Of a stretch of 64,000 bases of DNA, positions 9,814 to 19,858 are shown in pieces. A program made the position numbers and the translations under genes. The DNA is from an uncultured bacterium (GTDB taxonomy: Bacteria; Pseudomonadota; Gammaproteobacteria; Burkholderiales; SG8-39): the NCBI GenBank assembly GCA_965233195.1, contig CBDDSB010000016.1, positions 155,146 through 219,145 on the forward strand. The letters run 5' to 3'. A model generated the notes under the pieces. That model was not told the origin of the DNA, made no database searches, and was given only the letters and a program-made list of their open reading frames with translations. Within the stretch, counting starts at the first letter, position 1. Each line of letters opens with the position of its first letter.

Positions 9814-10292
9814 CGGCGAACACGCGCCTTGTAGTCGCGATAGGCGTCGCCAAAGCGGCGCTCAAGATAGGTCTCTTCACGCGCGATTACGCCGTAGCGC
9901 AGGATGATGACGAGCGGCAACGCGAGAATGAGAACCCAGGGACTGCGCGCGGCGGTGCCGATGCCGGCATAAAGAAGAAGCATGCCGACGTAAATCGGAT
10001 TGCGGCTCCAGCCGTGGATGCCGGTGGTAACCAACGCGCGCACCGGCTGGTTCGAGGGCACTGGCGTGTCTACGCGCGAAAAATTGCGCGCTCCTGCGGC
10101 CATGATCGCAACGCCGATGAGGACCAAGGTGCCGCCTGCGATCGAATAGATCGAGGTTGCCTCCCGATTCGAGAGCGGCATCGGCAGCACGCGTTCTAGG
10201 GCGAATCCCAAGACCAGGCAGCCGAGATAGAGGAATGGCGGACGTCTGATGCCCTCCGCCACTCCCTTCTTATATGACAACATAGGTGTCAT
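9804..10292 (-). CDS. isoprenylcysteine carboxyl methyltransferase (ICMT/PEMT) family membrane protein
   Basis: 162 aa, polytopic. C-terminal signature RNPIYVGMLL...REETYLERRFGDAYRDYKARVRRWL. Confidence 0.75.
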   Translation of the reverse strand: MTPMLSYKKGVAEGIRRPPFLYLGCLVLGFALERVLPMPLSNREATSIYSIAGGTLVLIGVAIMAAGARNFSRVDTPVPSNQPVRALVTTGIHGWSRNPIYVGMLLLYAGIGTAARSPWVLILALPLVIILRYGVIAREETYLERRFGDAYRDYKARVRRWL

Positions 10293-10300
10293 TATCCGAC

Positions 10301-10321
10301 ATTGACAACGTGGATGTCAAT
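10301..10321. promoter_or_regulatory. perfect inverted repeat ATTGACA-N7-TGTCAAT, candidate MarR operator in a divergent promoter region
   Basis: Arms at 10301-10307 and 10315-10321 are exact reverse complements. The repeat lies in the 45-bp gap between the ICMT gene (-) and the marR-family gene (+). Each arm contains a TTGACA -35-like hexamer. Confidence 0.4.
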
Positions 10322-10337
10322 ATAGAAGGATGGCGCG

Positions 10338-10787
10338 ATGCCACAGCGAAAAGCCGAAGCGGTCGCCGACCTGATGCTCGAAGTGGCGCAGTTCTTTTTT
10401 CGAATCCGCGCCGTGGGCCAGAGAACCGGCCTCATTACGAGCTGGGGCGGCGGTGCGTTCGGCTTCATGCGCAGCTTGGCGCTGATGGGCCCGCTGACGG
10501 TGCCGCAGATCGCCCAGCTGCGCCCGACCAGCCGTCAGCGCATGCAACGGCTGGCGGACGACCTGGCCGCGGAGGGCCTGGTGGAGTTCACCGACAATCC
10601 CAGCCATCGCCGATCGAAGCTGGTACGCCTCACTCGCAAGGGCGAGGCGCGCTACCGCGAGATGAGCGCCCGGCTGCTGACGATCGCCTCAAGCATGGGC
10701 CGCCAACTGAGCGAGGCGGACATCCGCAGGACCAGCGAGATCGTGCGACAGCTCAGCGAAGAGGCCAAGCTGGAATCGGCGCGCTGA
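10338..10787 (+). CDS. MarR family transcriptional regulator
   Basis: 149 aa. Winged-helix segment LTVPQIAQLRPTSRQRMQRLADDLAAEGLVEF...RRSKLVRLTRKG. GAAGGA RBS lies 7 nt upstream. Confidence 0.85.
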   Translation: MPQRKAEAVADLMLEVAQFFFRIRAVGQRTGLITSWGGGAFGFMRSLALMGPLTVPQIAQLRPTSRQRMQRLADDLAAEGLVEFTDNPSHRRSKLVRLTRKGEARYREMSARLLTIASSMGRQLSEADIRRTSEIVRQLSEEAKLESAR

Positions 10788-12418
10788 TGATTCGATTCCG
10801 GCCGCGCCTGCTCGACGAGCTTGGGGGCTACGACCGCAGCAAGCTCGCCGCCGACCTCGCGGCCGGACTGACCGTCGCCGCCGTCGCCCTGCCGCTCGCG
10901 CTGGCCTTCGCCATCGCCTCCGGCCTCAAGCCCGAAGCCGGCCTGTTCACCGCCATCGTCGCCGGCTTCGTCGTCTCCGCGCTGGGCGGCTCTCGCGTGC
11001 AGATCGGCGGCCCGGCCGGCGCTTTCGTGGTGGTGGTGTACGCCATCGTCGAGCGCTACGGCGTGGCCAACCTTTTGCTCGCGACCATGCTCGCCGGCGG
11101 GCTGCTCCTGCTGATGGGCGCCTTCCGGCTCGGCAATCTGGTGCGCTACGTGCCGATCACCATCGTCATCGGCTTCACCAACGGCATCGCCGTGCTCATC
11201 ATCCTGTCCCAGCTCAAGGATTTCTTCGGGCTGCAGATGGACGAGCTGCCGGCGGATTTCTTCCTCAAGCTGCGCGCGCTGGCGAATGCCGCGCCCAGCG
11301 CCGATCCGGTCACCATCGCGCTCGCCGTCGCCTCGCTCGGCTTCATCTGGGCCTGGCCGCTGCTGTGGCGTTCGCGCGCAGGCCAACTGGCGCGCGGCAT
11401 GCAGCAGGTTCCCGCAACCATCGTCGGCCTGGTCGCCGGCACCGTGGCCGTGGCGCTGTTCAACCTCCAGGTGGCGACCATCGGCACCCGCTTCGGCGGC
11501 ATCCCGCAGTCGCTGCCGCGGCTTTCGTGGCCGCAGGTCGGCTGGCCGGAGCTCAGCCTGCTCGCCGGGCCGGCGATCACCATCGCGCTCCTCGGCGCCA
11601 TCGAGTCACTGCTTTGCGCACGCGTCGCCGACGCGGCGATCGAGGACCGGCACGACCCGAACCAGGAGCTGATGGCGCAAGGCATCGCCAACATCGCCTC
11701 GCCGCTGTTCGGCGGCTTCTGCGCCACCGGCACCATCGCGCGCACCATGACCAACGTGCGCTCGGGCGCGAGAACGCCGGTTGCCGGCATGGTGCACGCG
11801 GCCTGCCTGCTCGTCATCGTGCTGATGGCCGCGCCGCTCGCCACCCACATTCCGCTGGCCACGCTCGCCGCCGTGCTGCTTTACGTCGCCTACCACATGG
11901 GCGAGTGGCACGAATTCGCGCGGCTCCGGCACTTCTCGAATTACTACCGCATGGTGCTGCTCACGACGTTCATTCTCACCGTGGTGATCGACCTCACTGT
12001 CGCGGTCCAGGCGGGCCTGGTGCTGGCGTGCCTGTTCTTCATTGCGCGCATGTCGGGCCTGACGCGCGTCGAGCCGATCCCATCGAGCACGCAGGACATC
12101 GAGGCTTACCGCATCTCGGGGTCGCTGTTCTTCGGCGCAGTGGGGAAGATGGATGGGCTGCTGGACCCGAAGCGCGTGCAGCCGCGCGTCATGATCCTCG
12201 ACCTCGCGCCGCTCCTCAACATGGACAACACCGGTCTCGAGGCCATCGAGACGCTGCACGGCATGCTGCGAAAGCGCGGCTCGGTGCTGATCCTCTGCGG
12301 GCTGCAGGAGCAGCCCCGGTGGCTCGCCGTGCAATCGGGGCTCGCGGCGGACCTCGGGTCCGAGAACGTCGTGCCGACGCTCGCCGACGCTTTTCGGCGT
12401 GCAAAAGAAGGGTCCTGA
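10787..12418 (+). CDS. SulP family inorganic anion transporter with C-terminal STAS domain
   Basis: In-frame ATG at 10787 (ATGA overlap with the marR stop) within ORF 10286-12418. LAADLAAGLTVAAVALPLALAFAIASG and GGFCATGTIARTMTN motifs. C-terminal STAS-like domain (YRISGSLFFGA...LDLAPLLNMDNTGLEAIE). Confidence 0.9.
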   Translation: MIRFRPRLLDELGGYDRSKLAADLAAGLTVAAVALPLALAFAIASGLKPEAGLFTAIVAGFVVSALGGSRVQIGGPAGAFVVVVYAIVERYGVANLLLATMLAGGLLLLMGAFRLGNLVRYVPITIVIGFTNGIAVLIILSQLKDFFGLQMDELPADFFLKLRALANAAPSADPVTIALAVASLGFIWAWPLLWRSRAGQLARGMQQVPATIVGLVAGTVAVALFNLQVATIGTRFGGIPQSLPRLSWPQVGWPELSLLAGPAITIALLGAIESLLCARVADAAIEDRHDPNQELMAQGIANIASPLFGGFCATGTIARTMTNVRSGARTPVAGMVHAACLLVIVLMAAPLATHIPLATLAAVLLYVAYHMGEWHEFARLRHFSNYYRMVLLTTFILTVVIDLTVAVQAGLVLACLFFIARMSGLTRVEPIPSSTQDIEAYRISGSLFFGAVGKMDGLLDPKRVQPRVMILDLAPLLNMDNTGLEAIETLHGMLRKRGSVLILCGLQEQPRWLAVQSGLAADLGSENVVPTLADAFRRAKEGS

Positions 12419-12434
12419 CCCATAATAGGCAGCG

Positions 12435-13331
12435 ATGCCGTACTCGGTTGAAGGCAAGCTCGTCGTCGCCATCTCCTCGCGGGCGCTGTTCGACTTCGAG
12501 GAAGAGAACGGCGTGTTCGAGAAGGACGGCGAGCCGGCTTACATCGCTCTGCAGTACGCGCGCCTCGACGTGCCAGCGCGTGCCGGGGTCGCGTTCCCCC
12601 TGGTCAAGAAACTCCTCGCTTTCGGCCCGAACTGTGTCGAGGTGGTGGTGCTGTCGAAGAACGATCCGGTTTCGGGGTTGCGCGTGTTCCGCTCGGCCAA
12701 GCTGGCCGGGCTGGGTGTAGAGCGCGGGGTATTTACCCGTGGACGCAGCCCTTACCAATACCTCGGGCCCCTTAAGGCAAATCTGTTTCTGTCGGCGAAC
12801 GAAGCCGACGTGATGGCTGCGCTCGAAGCCAATGTACCGGCGGCGCGTGTCTATCCCGAGTCGGCGCAGGCCGCCAGCAGGCACGCCGGCGAGCTGCGCA
12901 TCGCCTTCGACGGCGACGCAGTGCTGTTCTCCGACGAGGCTGAGTGCGTGTACCAGCGCGACGGGCTCGATGCGTTCACCCAGCACGAGACCGCGCATGC
13001 GCTGCGTCCGTTGCCGCCGGGACCGTTCAAGCCCCTGCTGGAAGCATTGCATCGATTGCAGGCGGCCTCGGGGAAGGATGTTCCAGTCCGGGTGAGAACC
13101 GCGCTGGTGACCGCCCGCAGCGCCTTGGCGCAGGAGCGCGCGGTGCGCACCCTGATGGAATGGAACATCGCCGTGGACGAGGCCATGTTCCTCGGCGGCC
13201 TGGACAAGGGCGCGTTCCTGAAGTCCTTCGAGCCGGACTTCTACTTCGACGACCAGCGCGGCCACATCGACTCGGCGCGGCTGCACGTTGCTGCCGGGCA
13301 TGTCCCGTTCGGCGTCGCGAACCTCCGCTAG
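12435..13331 (+). CDS. 5'-nucleotidase family protein (cN-IA-like, PF06189-type)
   Basis: 298 aa. The N-terminus KLVVAISSRALFDFEEENGVF...Y and the C-terminal FFDDQ resemble that family as I recall it. Not verified. Confidence 0.55.
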   Translation: MPYSVEGKLVVAISSRALFDFEEENGVFEKDGEPAYIALQYARLDVPARAGVAFPLVKKLLAFGPNCVEVVVLSKNDPVSGLRVFRSAKLAGLGVERGVFTRGRSPYQYLGPLKANLFLSANEADVMAALEANVPAARVYPESAQAASRHAGELRIAFDGDAVLFSDEAECVYQRDGLDAFTQHETAHALRPLPPGPFKPLLEALHRLQAASGKDVPVRVRTALVTARSALAQERAVRTLMEWNIAVDEAMFLGGLDKGAFLKSFEPDFYFDDQRGHIDSARLHVAAGHVPFGVANLR

Positions 13332-14240
13332 CTAGATTCTTCCTTCCTCGACGGCGTGGCAGGCCACGTGGTTCAGGAACTTCGGCACTTCGAGGCGGCA
13401 GCGCTCGTTGGCATGCGGGCAGCGCGGATGGAACGCGCAGCCGGACGGCGGCGCGAGCGGGTTGGGGACTTCGCCGGCGACCGGCGTGCGCGCTTTCCCG
13501 CTCATCTGCAGGTCGGGCACGGCGTCGAGCAGCATGCGCGTGTACGGATGGCGCGGGCGCATGAAGAGCTCGGCCGCGCTCGCCAGCTCGACCAGGCGGC
13601 CGAAGTACATGACCCCCACGCGATCGGCCACCAGCGACACCACGGCCAGGTTGTGCGAGATGAAGACGTAGGTGAGGCCCAGGCGTGCCTGCAGGTCGGC
13701 CATGAGGTTGAGGATCTGCGCCTGCACCGAGACGTCGAGCGCCGAGGTCGGCTCGTCGCAGATCAGGAGGTCGGGCTCGCCCGCCAGCGCGCGGGCGATC
13801 GAGATGCGCTGGCGCTGCCCGCCGGAGAACTCGTGCGGATAGCGCTCGGCGTCGTCGGGCGAAAGGCCCACCTGGCGCAGCAGATCGCCGACGCCTCTTT
13901 TCTTTTCGAGGAACATCATCGGCTCTTCGATGATCCGGCGCACGCGCCAGCGGGGGTTCAGGCTGGCGTAGGGATCCTGGAAGATCATCTGCATGCGCCG
14001 GCCGCGGAACTCGAGCCGGCCCTCGCTCGGCGCGTGAAGGCCGACGATGAGGCGCGCGACCGTCGACTTGCCGCAACCCGACTCGCCGACCAGCCCGAGC
14101 GTTTCGCCAGGCTGCACTTCGAAGCTGACGCGGTCCACGGCGCGCAGCAGCCGCCGCGGCTCGCCCTCGATCACTCGGTTGAGCCAGGGCCGCGACACGT
14201 CGAAGTCCCGGCTGACGGATTCGAGTTTAAGTAGATGCAT
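13332..14240 (-). CDS. peptide/nickel ABC transporter ATP-binding protein (DppF/OppF-like)
   Basis: 302 aa. Walker [10 protein letters not shown], signature [15 protein letters not shown], Walker [13 protein letters not shown], and an oligopeptide C-terminal domain with CAFHPRCP. Confidence 0.9.
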   Translation of the reverse strand: MHLLKLESVSRDFDVSRPWLNRVIEGEPRRLLRAVDRVSFEVQPGETLGLVGESGCGKSTVARLIVGLHAPSEGRLEFRGRRMQMIFQDPYASLNPRWRVRRIIEEPMMFLEKKRGVGDLLRQVGLSPDDAERYPHEFSGGQRQRISIARALAGEPDLLICDEPTSALDVSVQAQILNLMADLQARLGLTYVFISHNLAVVSLVADRVGVMYFGRLVELASAAELFMRPRHPYTRMLLDAVPDLQMSGKARTPVAGEVPNPLAPPSGCAFHPRCPHANERCRLEVPKFLNHVACHAVEEGRI

Positions 14241-15186
14241 GGAGCCAGCATGCAGCGCGACTCGTGCCCGCGTTGAGCAGGTCCGGACGCTCGACTACGC
14301 AGCGCGCGAAGCGCCGGGGACAGCGGGGGTTGAAAGCACAGCCGGGCGGGATGGCGTTCAAGCGCGGCATCGCGCCTTCGATCTGCATCAGCTTGTCCTG
14401 CTGCGACCCGAGCTTCGGAATCGAACCCATCAGGCCGACGGTGTACGGGTGGCGCGGCGCGTGGATCACGTCGCGGACCGGGCCGATCTCGGCCAGGCGA
14501 CCGGCGTACATCACGGCGACGCGATGCGCGGTCTCGGCGATGACGCCCATGTCGTGGGTGATGAGCATCACCGCGGCGCCGCGCTCGGCGGCGAGGCGCT
14601 TGAGGAGCGCAATGATTTGCGCCTGGATCGACACGTCGAGCGCGGTGGTCGGCTCGTCGGCGATCAGCAGGCGCGGCTCGGCGGCGAGGGCGAGGGCGAT
14701 CACCACCCGCTGGCGCATGCCGCCGCTGAAATGGTGCGGATAGCTTCCGTAGCGCGCCTCCGGCGCGGGAATGCCGACCTCTCGCAATAGCGACAGGGCT
14801 CTCTCCCGGGCAGCCCGGGGGGAGAGGTCCAGATGCGTCAATATGGTTTCCTCGAGCTGCTGGCCGATGGTGTAGAGGGGATTGAGCGAGGTCAACGGGT
14901 CCTGGAAGATGACGCCGATCCGCCGTCCGCGAATGCGCCGCAGATCTTCGTGCGGCAGATTGTCGATGCGCCGGCCCTCGAGGCGCACTGCGCCCGCCGC
15001 GATGCGGCCGGGCGGGTCGAGCAGGCCGATCACCGCCATGCCGGTAATGGACTTGCCGGCGCCGGATTCGCCGACCACGCCGAGCACCTCGCCGGGCGCG
15101 ATGGAGAATGAGACGTCGTCGACCGCGGTCAATGTTCCGCGCCGCGTCGGAAACTGGATCTTTAGATGTTCAACTTCCAGAATCAT
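14227..15186 (-). CDS. peptide/nickel ABC transporter ATP-binding protein (DppD/OppD-like)
   Basis: Internal Met ([12 protein letters not shown]) of ORF 14227-15570. [35 protein letters not shown] and CAFNPRCP. Confidence 0.9.
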   Translation of the reverse strand: MILEVEHLKIQFPTRRGTLTAVDDVSFSIAPGEVLGVVGESGAGKSITGMAVIGLLDPPGRIAAGAVRLEGRRIDNLPHEDLRRIRGRRIGVIFQDPLTSLNPLYTIGQQLEETILTHLDLSPRAARERALSLLREVGIPAPEARYGSYPHHFSGGMRQRVVIALALAAEPRLLIADEPTTALDVSIQAQIIALLKRLAAERGAAVMLITHDMGVIAETAHRVAVMYAGRLAEIGPVRDVIHAPRHPYTVGLMGSIPKLGSQQDKLMQIEGAMPRLNAIPPGCAFNPRCPRRFARCVVERPDLLNAGTSRAACWLHAST

Positions 15187-16088
15187 CGAAGTCGCGGGTT
15201 GTGCGCATCGCGCAGCCAGTCGCCGAGCAGGTTGACCGACAGCACCAGGATGACCAGCGCCGCGCCCGGAAACACCGTGATCCACCATTCGCCGGAATAG
15301 AGGAACTCGTTGCCGACGCGGATCAGCGTGCCGAGGGAAGGGCGGGTCGCCGGCACGCCGACACCGAGGAACGAAAGCGTCGCCTCGGTGATGATCGCGG
15401 TGGCGATGTTGATCGTCGCCAGCACCAGCACCGGGCCCATTACGTTCGGCAGCACGTGCGACAGCATGATGGCGAGCGGCCGCCGGCCGATGACGCGCGC
15501 CGCCTGCACGTATTCCTTCTCGCGCTCGACCATGGTCGAGCCGCGCACCGTGCGCGCGTAGTGCACCCAACCGGCGAAGCCGATGGCGAGGACCAGGACC
15601 GGAATGGCGATGTCGTCGTGACGCTCGGTCGGCAGCGCGACGCGCGCCACGCCGTCGATCAGCAGCGCGATCAGGATCGCCGGGAACGAGAGCTGCACAT
15701 CCGCCACGCGCATGATGAACGCGTCCAGGCGGCCGCCGAGATAGCCCGAGAGCAGGCCGAGGGACACGCCCAATACCAACGCCAGGGCGACCGAGGCCAG
15801 CCCGACGCCGAGCGAGATGCGCGCGCCATGCATGATGGTCGACAGGATGTCGCGGCCCTGGTTGTCGGTGCCGAGGAGAAAGCCGCGCTCGCCGCCCTCG
15901 ATCCAGGCCGGCGGCTTGAACGCCGCGTTCAGGTCAAGCGCGGCGGCGTCGAACGGGTTCTGCGGGGCAAGCCAGGGAGAGAACATCGCCGCGCCGACAC
16001 AGACCAGTGTCAGCGCGGCGGCGATCATGGTGACCGGCGACCTGCGGAAGCTCCACGCGAGATCGTGGTCCCACAGTGCTCGAAACAC
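15183..16088 (-). CDS. peptide ABC transporter permease (DppC-like)
   Basis: 301 aa, polytopic. BPD_transp_1 EAA-type loop. The stop overlaps the ATPase start. Confidence 0.9.
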   Translation of the reverse strand: MFRALWDHDLAWSFRRSPVTMIAAALTLVCVGAAMFSPWLAPQNPFDAAALDLNAAFKPPAWIEGGERGFLLGTDNQGRDILSTIMHGARISLGVGLASVALALVLGVSLGLLSGYLGGRLDAFIMRVADVQLSFPAILIALLIDGVARVALPTERHDDIAIPVLVLAIGFAGWVHYARTVRGSTMVEREKEYVQAARVIGRRPLAIMLSHVLPNVMGPVLVLATINIATAIITEATLSFLGVGVPATRPSLGTLIRVGNEFLYSGEWWITVFPGAALVILVLSVNLLGDWLRDAHNPRLR

Positions 16089-16114
16089 GGGAGCGTAGAA
16101 GCCCGCCTACCCCG

Positions 16115-17680
16115 TCAATTGCCTCCATCAACCCGCGCGTAGCGCGACTCCGGCCGGTCATCGGCCTTGTGCACCGTGGTGACGCTCTTCTTCATCGCCC
16201 ACGGCCGCAGCTGATGGTGGATCGGCACGTAGTAGTGCTGGTCGCGCGTGGCGATCAGGCCCTCGCGCAGCAGCGCGTCGCGCGCGCGCGGATCGGTCGC
16301 GATCTTGATCGCGTCGATGGTGGTGTCGAGCTTGGGGTCGCTGATGCGCCCAAGGTTGAAGTTCCCCTCCGCGCCGCCGGTCTTCGTGCGCACCAGCGAT
16401 TGCAGCGTGTACTGCGCGTCGAAGGTCGCCACGCCCCAGCCGAGCAGGTAGGCGCTCGAGTCGAAGTTCTGGATCTTGGCGATGAAGGTGGCGAACGGCA
16501 TCGCGTTCAGCCGCGGCTTGAAGCCGGCCTTGGACCACATGCCGATCAGCGCCTGGCAGATCTTCTCGTCGTTGACGTAGCGGTTGTTCGGGCAGTCGAG
16601 GGTGAACTCGAAGCCGTCGGGATAGCCGGCTTCGGCGAGGAGCTTCTTGGCGGCGGCCGGATCGGGCTTGAGCACGATGTCGATGTCCTTGGAATGGCCG
16701 TGCACGCCGGGCGCCACCATGATGCCGGCCGGGATCGACAAACCGCGCATCACCACGCGCTTGATCGCCTCGCGGTCGACCGCCAGGTTCATCGCACGCC
16801 GCACGCGCAGGTCCTGGAACGGGTTCTTGCCCTTGACGTTCGAGTACTTGAGCTCGCTGTTGTGCTGATCCATGCCGATGAAGATGGTGCGCACCTCGTG
16901 ACCGTCGAGCACCTTGACCTTGCTCTCCTTGCGCAGGCGCTCGACGTCCTGCACCGGCAGGTCGGTGACCAGATCGACGTCGCCGGCCAGCAGCGCCGAG
17001 ACCCGGGTGGCGTCCGACTTGATCGGGTTATAGACCACGTCGGTGACGTTGCCGTCGAGCTTGCCCCACCAGTCCTTGTTCTGCACGAAGACGATCTGCT
17101 TGTCCGGCTCCCAGCCCTTGATCAGATACGGGCCGGTGCCATTGGTGTTGCGCGAGGCGAAAGTCTCTTCCTTCTTGGCGTAGTCCTGCACGTTCTGCGA
17201 GCGGTTCTTCTCCGACCAGGACTTGCTCATGATGCGGAAGTCGACGATGTTGCGCAGCAGGATCGGCACCGGGCCGGACAGGATGAAGTCCACCGTGTGG
17301 TCGTCGATCTTCACGATCTCCTTCACCCCGGTGACGTAGATCTGCATCGTGCCCTGCTTCTGCTGGATGCGGCCGAACGAGAACACCACGTCGTCGGCGG
17401 TAAACGGGCTGCCGTCGTGGAACTTGACGTTCTTGCGCAGGTTGAAGCGCCACTGCGTGTCCGACATCTGCTTCCAGCTCACCGCGAGGCTCGGCTCGGC
17501 CTGGTACTGCTTGTTGTAGCGCGTGAGCCCTTCGTAGGTGTGCTGCATCACCGCGTTGGTAGTGGCGTGGTTCTGCGAATGCGGGTCGAGCGTGATGACG
17601 TCGTTCTGGGCGGCCCACTTCAGGTTCACGGCATAAGCGGGCAGCGTGACCAGCGCCAGTAGCATCAGTAGCTTTTTCAT
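16115..17680 (-). CDS. ABC transporter substrate-binding protein, family 5 (peptide/nickel)
   Basis: 521 aa. Signal peptide MKKLLMLLALVTLPAYA and SBP_bac_5-like motifs (FHDGSPFTADDVVFSF). Confidence 0.9.
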   Translation of the reverse strand: MKKLLMLLALVTLPAYAVNLKWAAQNDVITLDPHSQNHATTNAVMQHTYEGLTRYNKQYQAEPSLAVSWKQMSDTQWRFNLRKNVKFHDGSPFTADDVVFSFGRIQQKQGTMQIYVTGVKEIVKIDDHTVDFILSGPVPILLRNIVDFRIMSKSWSEKNRSQNVQDYAKKEETFASRNTNGTGPYLIKGWEPDKQIVFVQNKDWWGKLDGNVTDVVYNPIKSDATRVSALLAGDVDLVTDLPVQDVERLRKESKVKVLDGHEVRTIFIGMDQHNSELKYSNVKGKNPFQDLRVRRAMNLAVDREAIKRVVMRGLSIPAGIMVAPGVHGHSKDIDIVLKPDPAAAKKLLAEAGYPDGFEFTLDCPNNRYVNDEKICQALIGMWSKAGFKPRLNAMPFATFIAKIQNFDSSAYLLGWGVATFDAQYTLQSLVRTKTGGAEGNFNLGRISDPKLDTTIDAIKIATDPRARDALLREGLIATRDQHYYVPIHHQLRPWAMKKSVTTVHKADDRPESRYARVDGGN

Positions 17681-17689
17681 GAATCCTCT

Positions 17690-18871
17690 CTATTTGATCG
17701 GCAGGGCTTCTTCCACCAGGGAGGCCAGATAGCCTGCGCCCAGGGGAATCACCTCGTCGTTGAAATCGTAGCTCGGATTGTGCAGGAAACAGCCACCTGG
17801 GGTGCCGCCCTGGCCGAGAAACACATAGGCCCCGGGCCGCGCCTGCAGCATGTACGAGAAATCCTCACCGCCCATGGTCGGCTCGTGCTCGGTGATTACG
17901 TTGGCCTTGCCGAACAGGTGCTCGCCGACGCGCGCGGCGAACTGCGCCTCGCGCGCGCTGTTGATGGTGGCGGGATAGCCGCGGCTGTATTGAATTTCCG
18001 CGGTAGTGCCCAGGGCTTCGCCCACTTTAGTGACGATTTCGCGCAGCCGCTTTTCGGCCAGGTCGCGCGTCTCCGGGCGGAAGCTGCGCACGGTGCCGAC
18101 CATCTTGACGTGGTCCGGCACCACGTTGAAGGCGCCGAGCTGGCTGGTCTGCATCGAGCAGATGCTGACGACGACGGCGTCGACCGGGCTGACGTTGCGG
18201 CTGGCAATGGTCTGCAGCGCGGTGATGACCTGGGCCGCGGCCACCACCGGATCGGTCACCAGGTGCGGCATCGCCGCGTGGCCGCCGCGCCCCCGCAGCG
18301 TGATTTGCACCTCGTCGGTCGCCGCCATGACCGGCCCGGCGCGTACCGCCATCTGCCCCGCCGGCAGGCCTGGCCAGTTATGGACGGCGTAGACCTCGTC
18401 CGCAGGGAATCGCTCGAACAAGCCCTCCTGCACCATGACCTGCCCGCCGCCGCCGCCTTCCTCCGCGGGCTGGAAGATGACGTACGCGGTGCCGTCGAAG
18501 TTGCGCGTCTCGGCGAGGTAGCGCGCCGCGCCGAGCAGCATCGTGGTGTGGCCATCGTGGCCGCACGCGTGCATGCGCCCCTCATGAATTGATTTATGAG
18601 GAAAACTATTTTGTTCGTGCATCGGCAGACAATCCATGTCGGCGCGCAGCCCGATGCCCTTCCCGCTCTTCGTCTTTCCCGGAATCACACCGACCACGCC
18701 GGTCTTGGCGAGCCCGACATGCGTTTCGATGCCCAGCTTTTTCAAGTACTCGGCAACGAGTGACGAGGTTCTCTGCTCCTTGAACGACAGCTCCGGATGC
18801 GCATGCAGGTCGCGCCGGATCGCGGTGAGTTCCGGATGGAAGCGGCGGATGCGGTCGACGGGGCTGGTCAT
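17690..18871 (-). CDS. M20D amidohydrolase (hippurate hydrolase / N-acyl-L-amino-acid amidohydrolase family)
   Basis: Internal Met (MTSPVDRIRRFHPEL) of ORF 17690-20296 gives 393 aa. LRADMDCLP, MHACGHDGHT and FQPAEEGGGG motifs. ATGA overlap with the upstream permease gene. Confidence 0.88.
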   Translation of the reverse strand: MTSPVDRIRRFHPELTAIRRDLHAHPELSFKEQRTSSLVAEYLKKLGIETHVGLAKTGVVGVIPGKTKSGKGIGLRADMDCLPMHEQNSFPHKSIHEGRMHACGHDGHTTMLLGAARYLAETRNFDGTAYVIFQPAEEGGGGGQVMVQEGLFERFPADEVYAVHNWPGLPAGQMAVRAGPVMAATDEVQITLRGRGGHAAMPHLVTDPVVAAAQVITALQTIASRNVSPVDAVVVSICSMQTSQLGAFNVVPDHVKMVGTVRSFRPETRDLAEKRLREIVTKVGEALGTTAEIQYSRGYPATINSAREAQFAARVGEHLFGKANVITEHEPTMGGEDFSYMLQARPGAYVFLGQGGTPGGCFLHNPSYDFNDEVIPLGAGYLASLVEEALPIK

Positions 18872-19839
18872 GTGGGTTTCAGGCGCAGGCGGGGATCGAC
18901 GGCATAGTAAAGGAGATCGACCGTCAGGTTGATCACGACGAAAAACAGCGCGATCAGGCACAGGTAGGCCGCCATCACCGGCACATCCGCCACCGTGACG
19001 GCCTGGATGAACAGCAGCCCCATGCCAGGCCACTGGAATACGGTTTCGGTGATGATGGCGAAGGCGATGATCGCGCCCAGCTGCAGCCCGGTGATGGTGA
19101 TCACCGGCACCAGCGTGTTCTTGAGCGCGTGGCCGAAATGCACCGCGCGATCGGTCAGTCCCCGGGCACGTGCGAAGCGGATGTAATCGGTGCGCAGCAC
19201 CTCCAGCATCTCCGAGCGCACCAGCCGCTGGATCAGCGTCATCTGGAAAAGGCCGAGCGTGATCGCCGGCAGCACCAGCGCCTTGAGGCCCGACGCGGTG
19301 AGCAGGCCGGTGCTCCACCAGCCGAGCTGCACGGTATCGCCGCGGCCGAACGAGGGCATCCAACCGAGCTGCACCGAGAACACCAGGATCAGCAGGATGC
19401 CGATCAAAAAGGTCGGCAGCGACACGCCGGCGAGCGACACCGCGAGCAGGATGTGCGAGAGCCAGGAGTTGCGCTTGAGCGCGGTGTAGACCCCCATCGG
19501 GATGCCGAGGACCAGCGCGAACAGGGCGGCGGCGATCGACAGCTCCAGCGTCGCCGGCAGCCGCTCGACGATCAGCTTCGATACCGGCTGCACCTGGCGC
19601 AGGCTCAAGCCGAACTCGCCCTGCATCGCGTTGCCCAGGAAACGCAGGTACTGAATGTAAAACGGCCGGTCGAGCCCCAGCACTGCCGTCACTTCGGCGC
19701 GCTGCTCGGCCGTGGCGTCCTGTCCCAGCATGAACGCCACCGGGTCGCCGACGAAGCGGAACAGCGAAAACGCGATCAACCCCACGGTCAGCATGACCAG
19801 AACCGCCTGGGCGATGCGGCGCAGGATGAACGCAGCCAT
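18868..19839 (-). CDS. peptide ABC transporter permease (DppB-like)
   Basis: Start trimmed to MAAFILRRIAQAVLVML (the typical DppB N-terminus) within ORF 18868-19929. Polytopic. Confidence 0.88.
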   Translation of the reverse strand: MAAFILRRIAQAVLVMLTVGLIAFSLFRFVGDPVAFMLGQDATAEQRAEVTAVLGLDRPFYIQYLRFLGNAMQGEFGLSLRQVQPVSKLIVERLPATLELSIAAALFALVLGIPMGVYTALKRNSWLSHILLAVSLAGVSLPTFLIGILLILVFSVQLGWMPSFGRGDTVQLGWWSTGLLTASGLKALVLPAITLGLFQMTLIQRLVRSEMLEVLRTDYIRFARARGLTDRAVHFGHALKNTLVPVITITGLQLGAIIAFAIITETVFQWPGMGLLFIQAVTVADVPVMAAYLCLIALFFVVINLTVDLLYYAVDPRLRLKPT

Positions 19840-19858
19840 TTTGAGAGAATGGTACCCC

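Noticed and set aside
8111-10292. Possible tRNA-Gly-associated genomic island (orphan ABC TMD plus two methyltransferases)
   Set aside because: I found no integrase or recombinase and no direct repeat of the tRNA 3' end downstream. I saw no compositional break by eye. It is treated as ordinary chromosome.
10286-10786. N-terminal 167-aa extension of the SulP ORF
   Set aside because: It overlaps the MarR gene in another frame and is Arg/Pro/Gly-rich. The conserved SulP N-terminus begins at the ATG at 10787.
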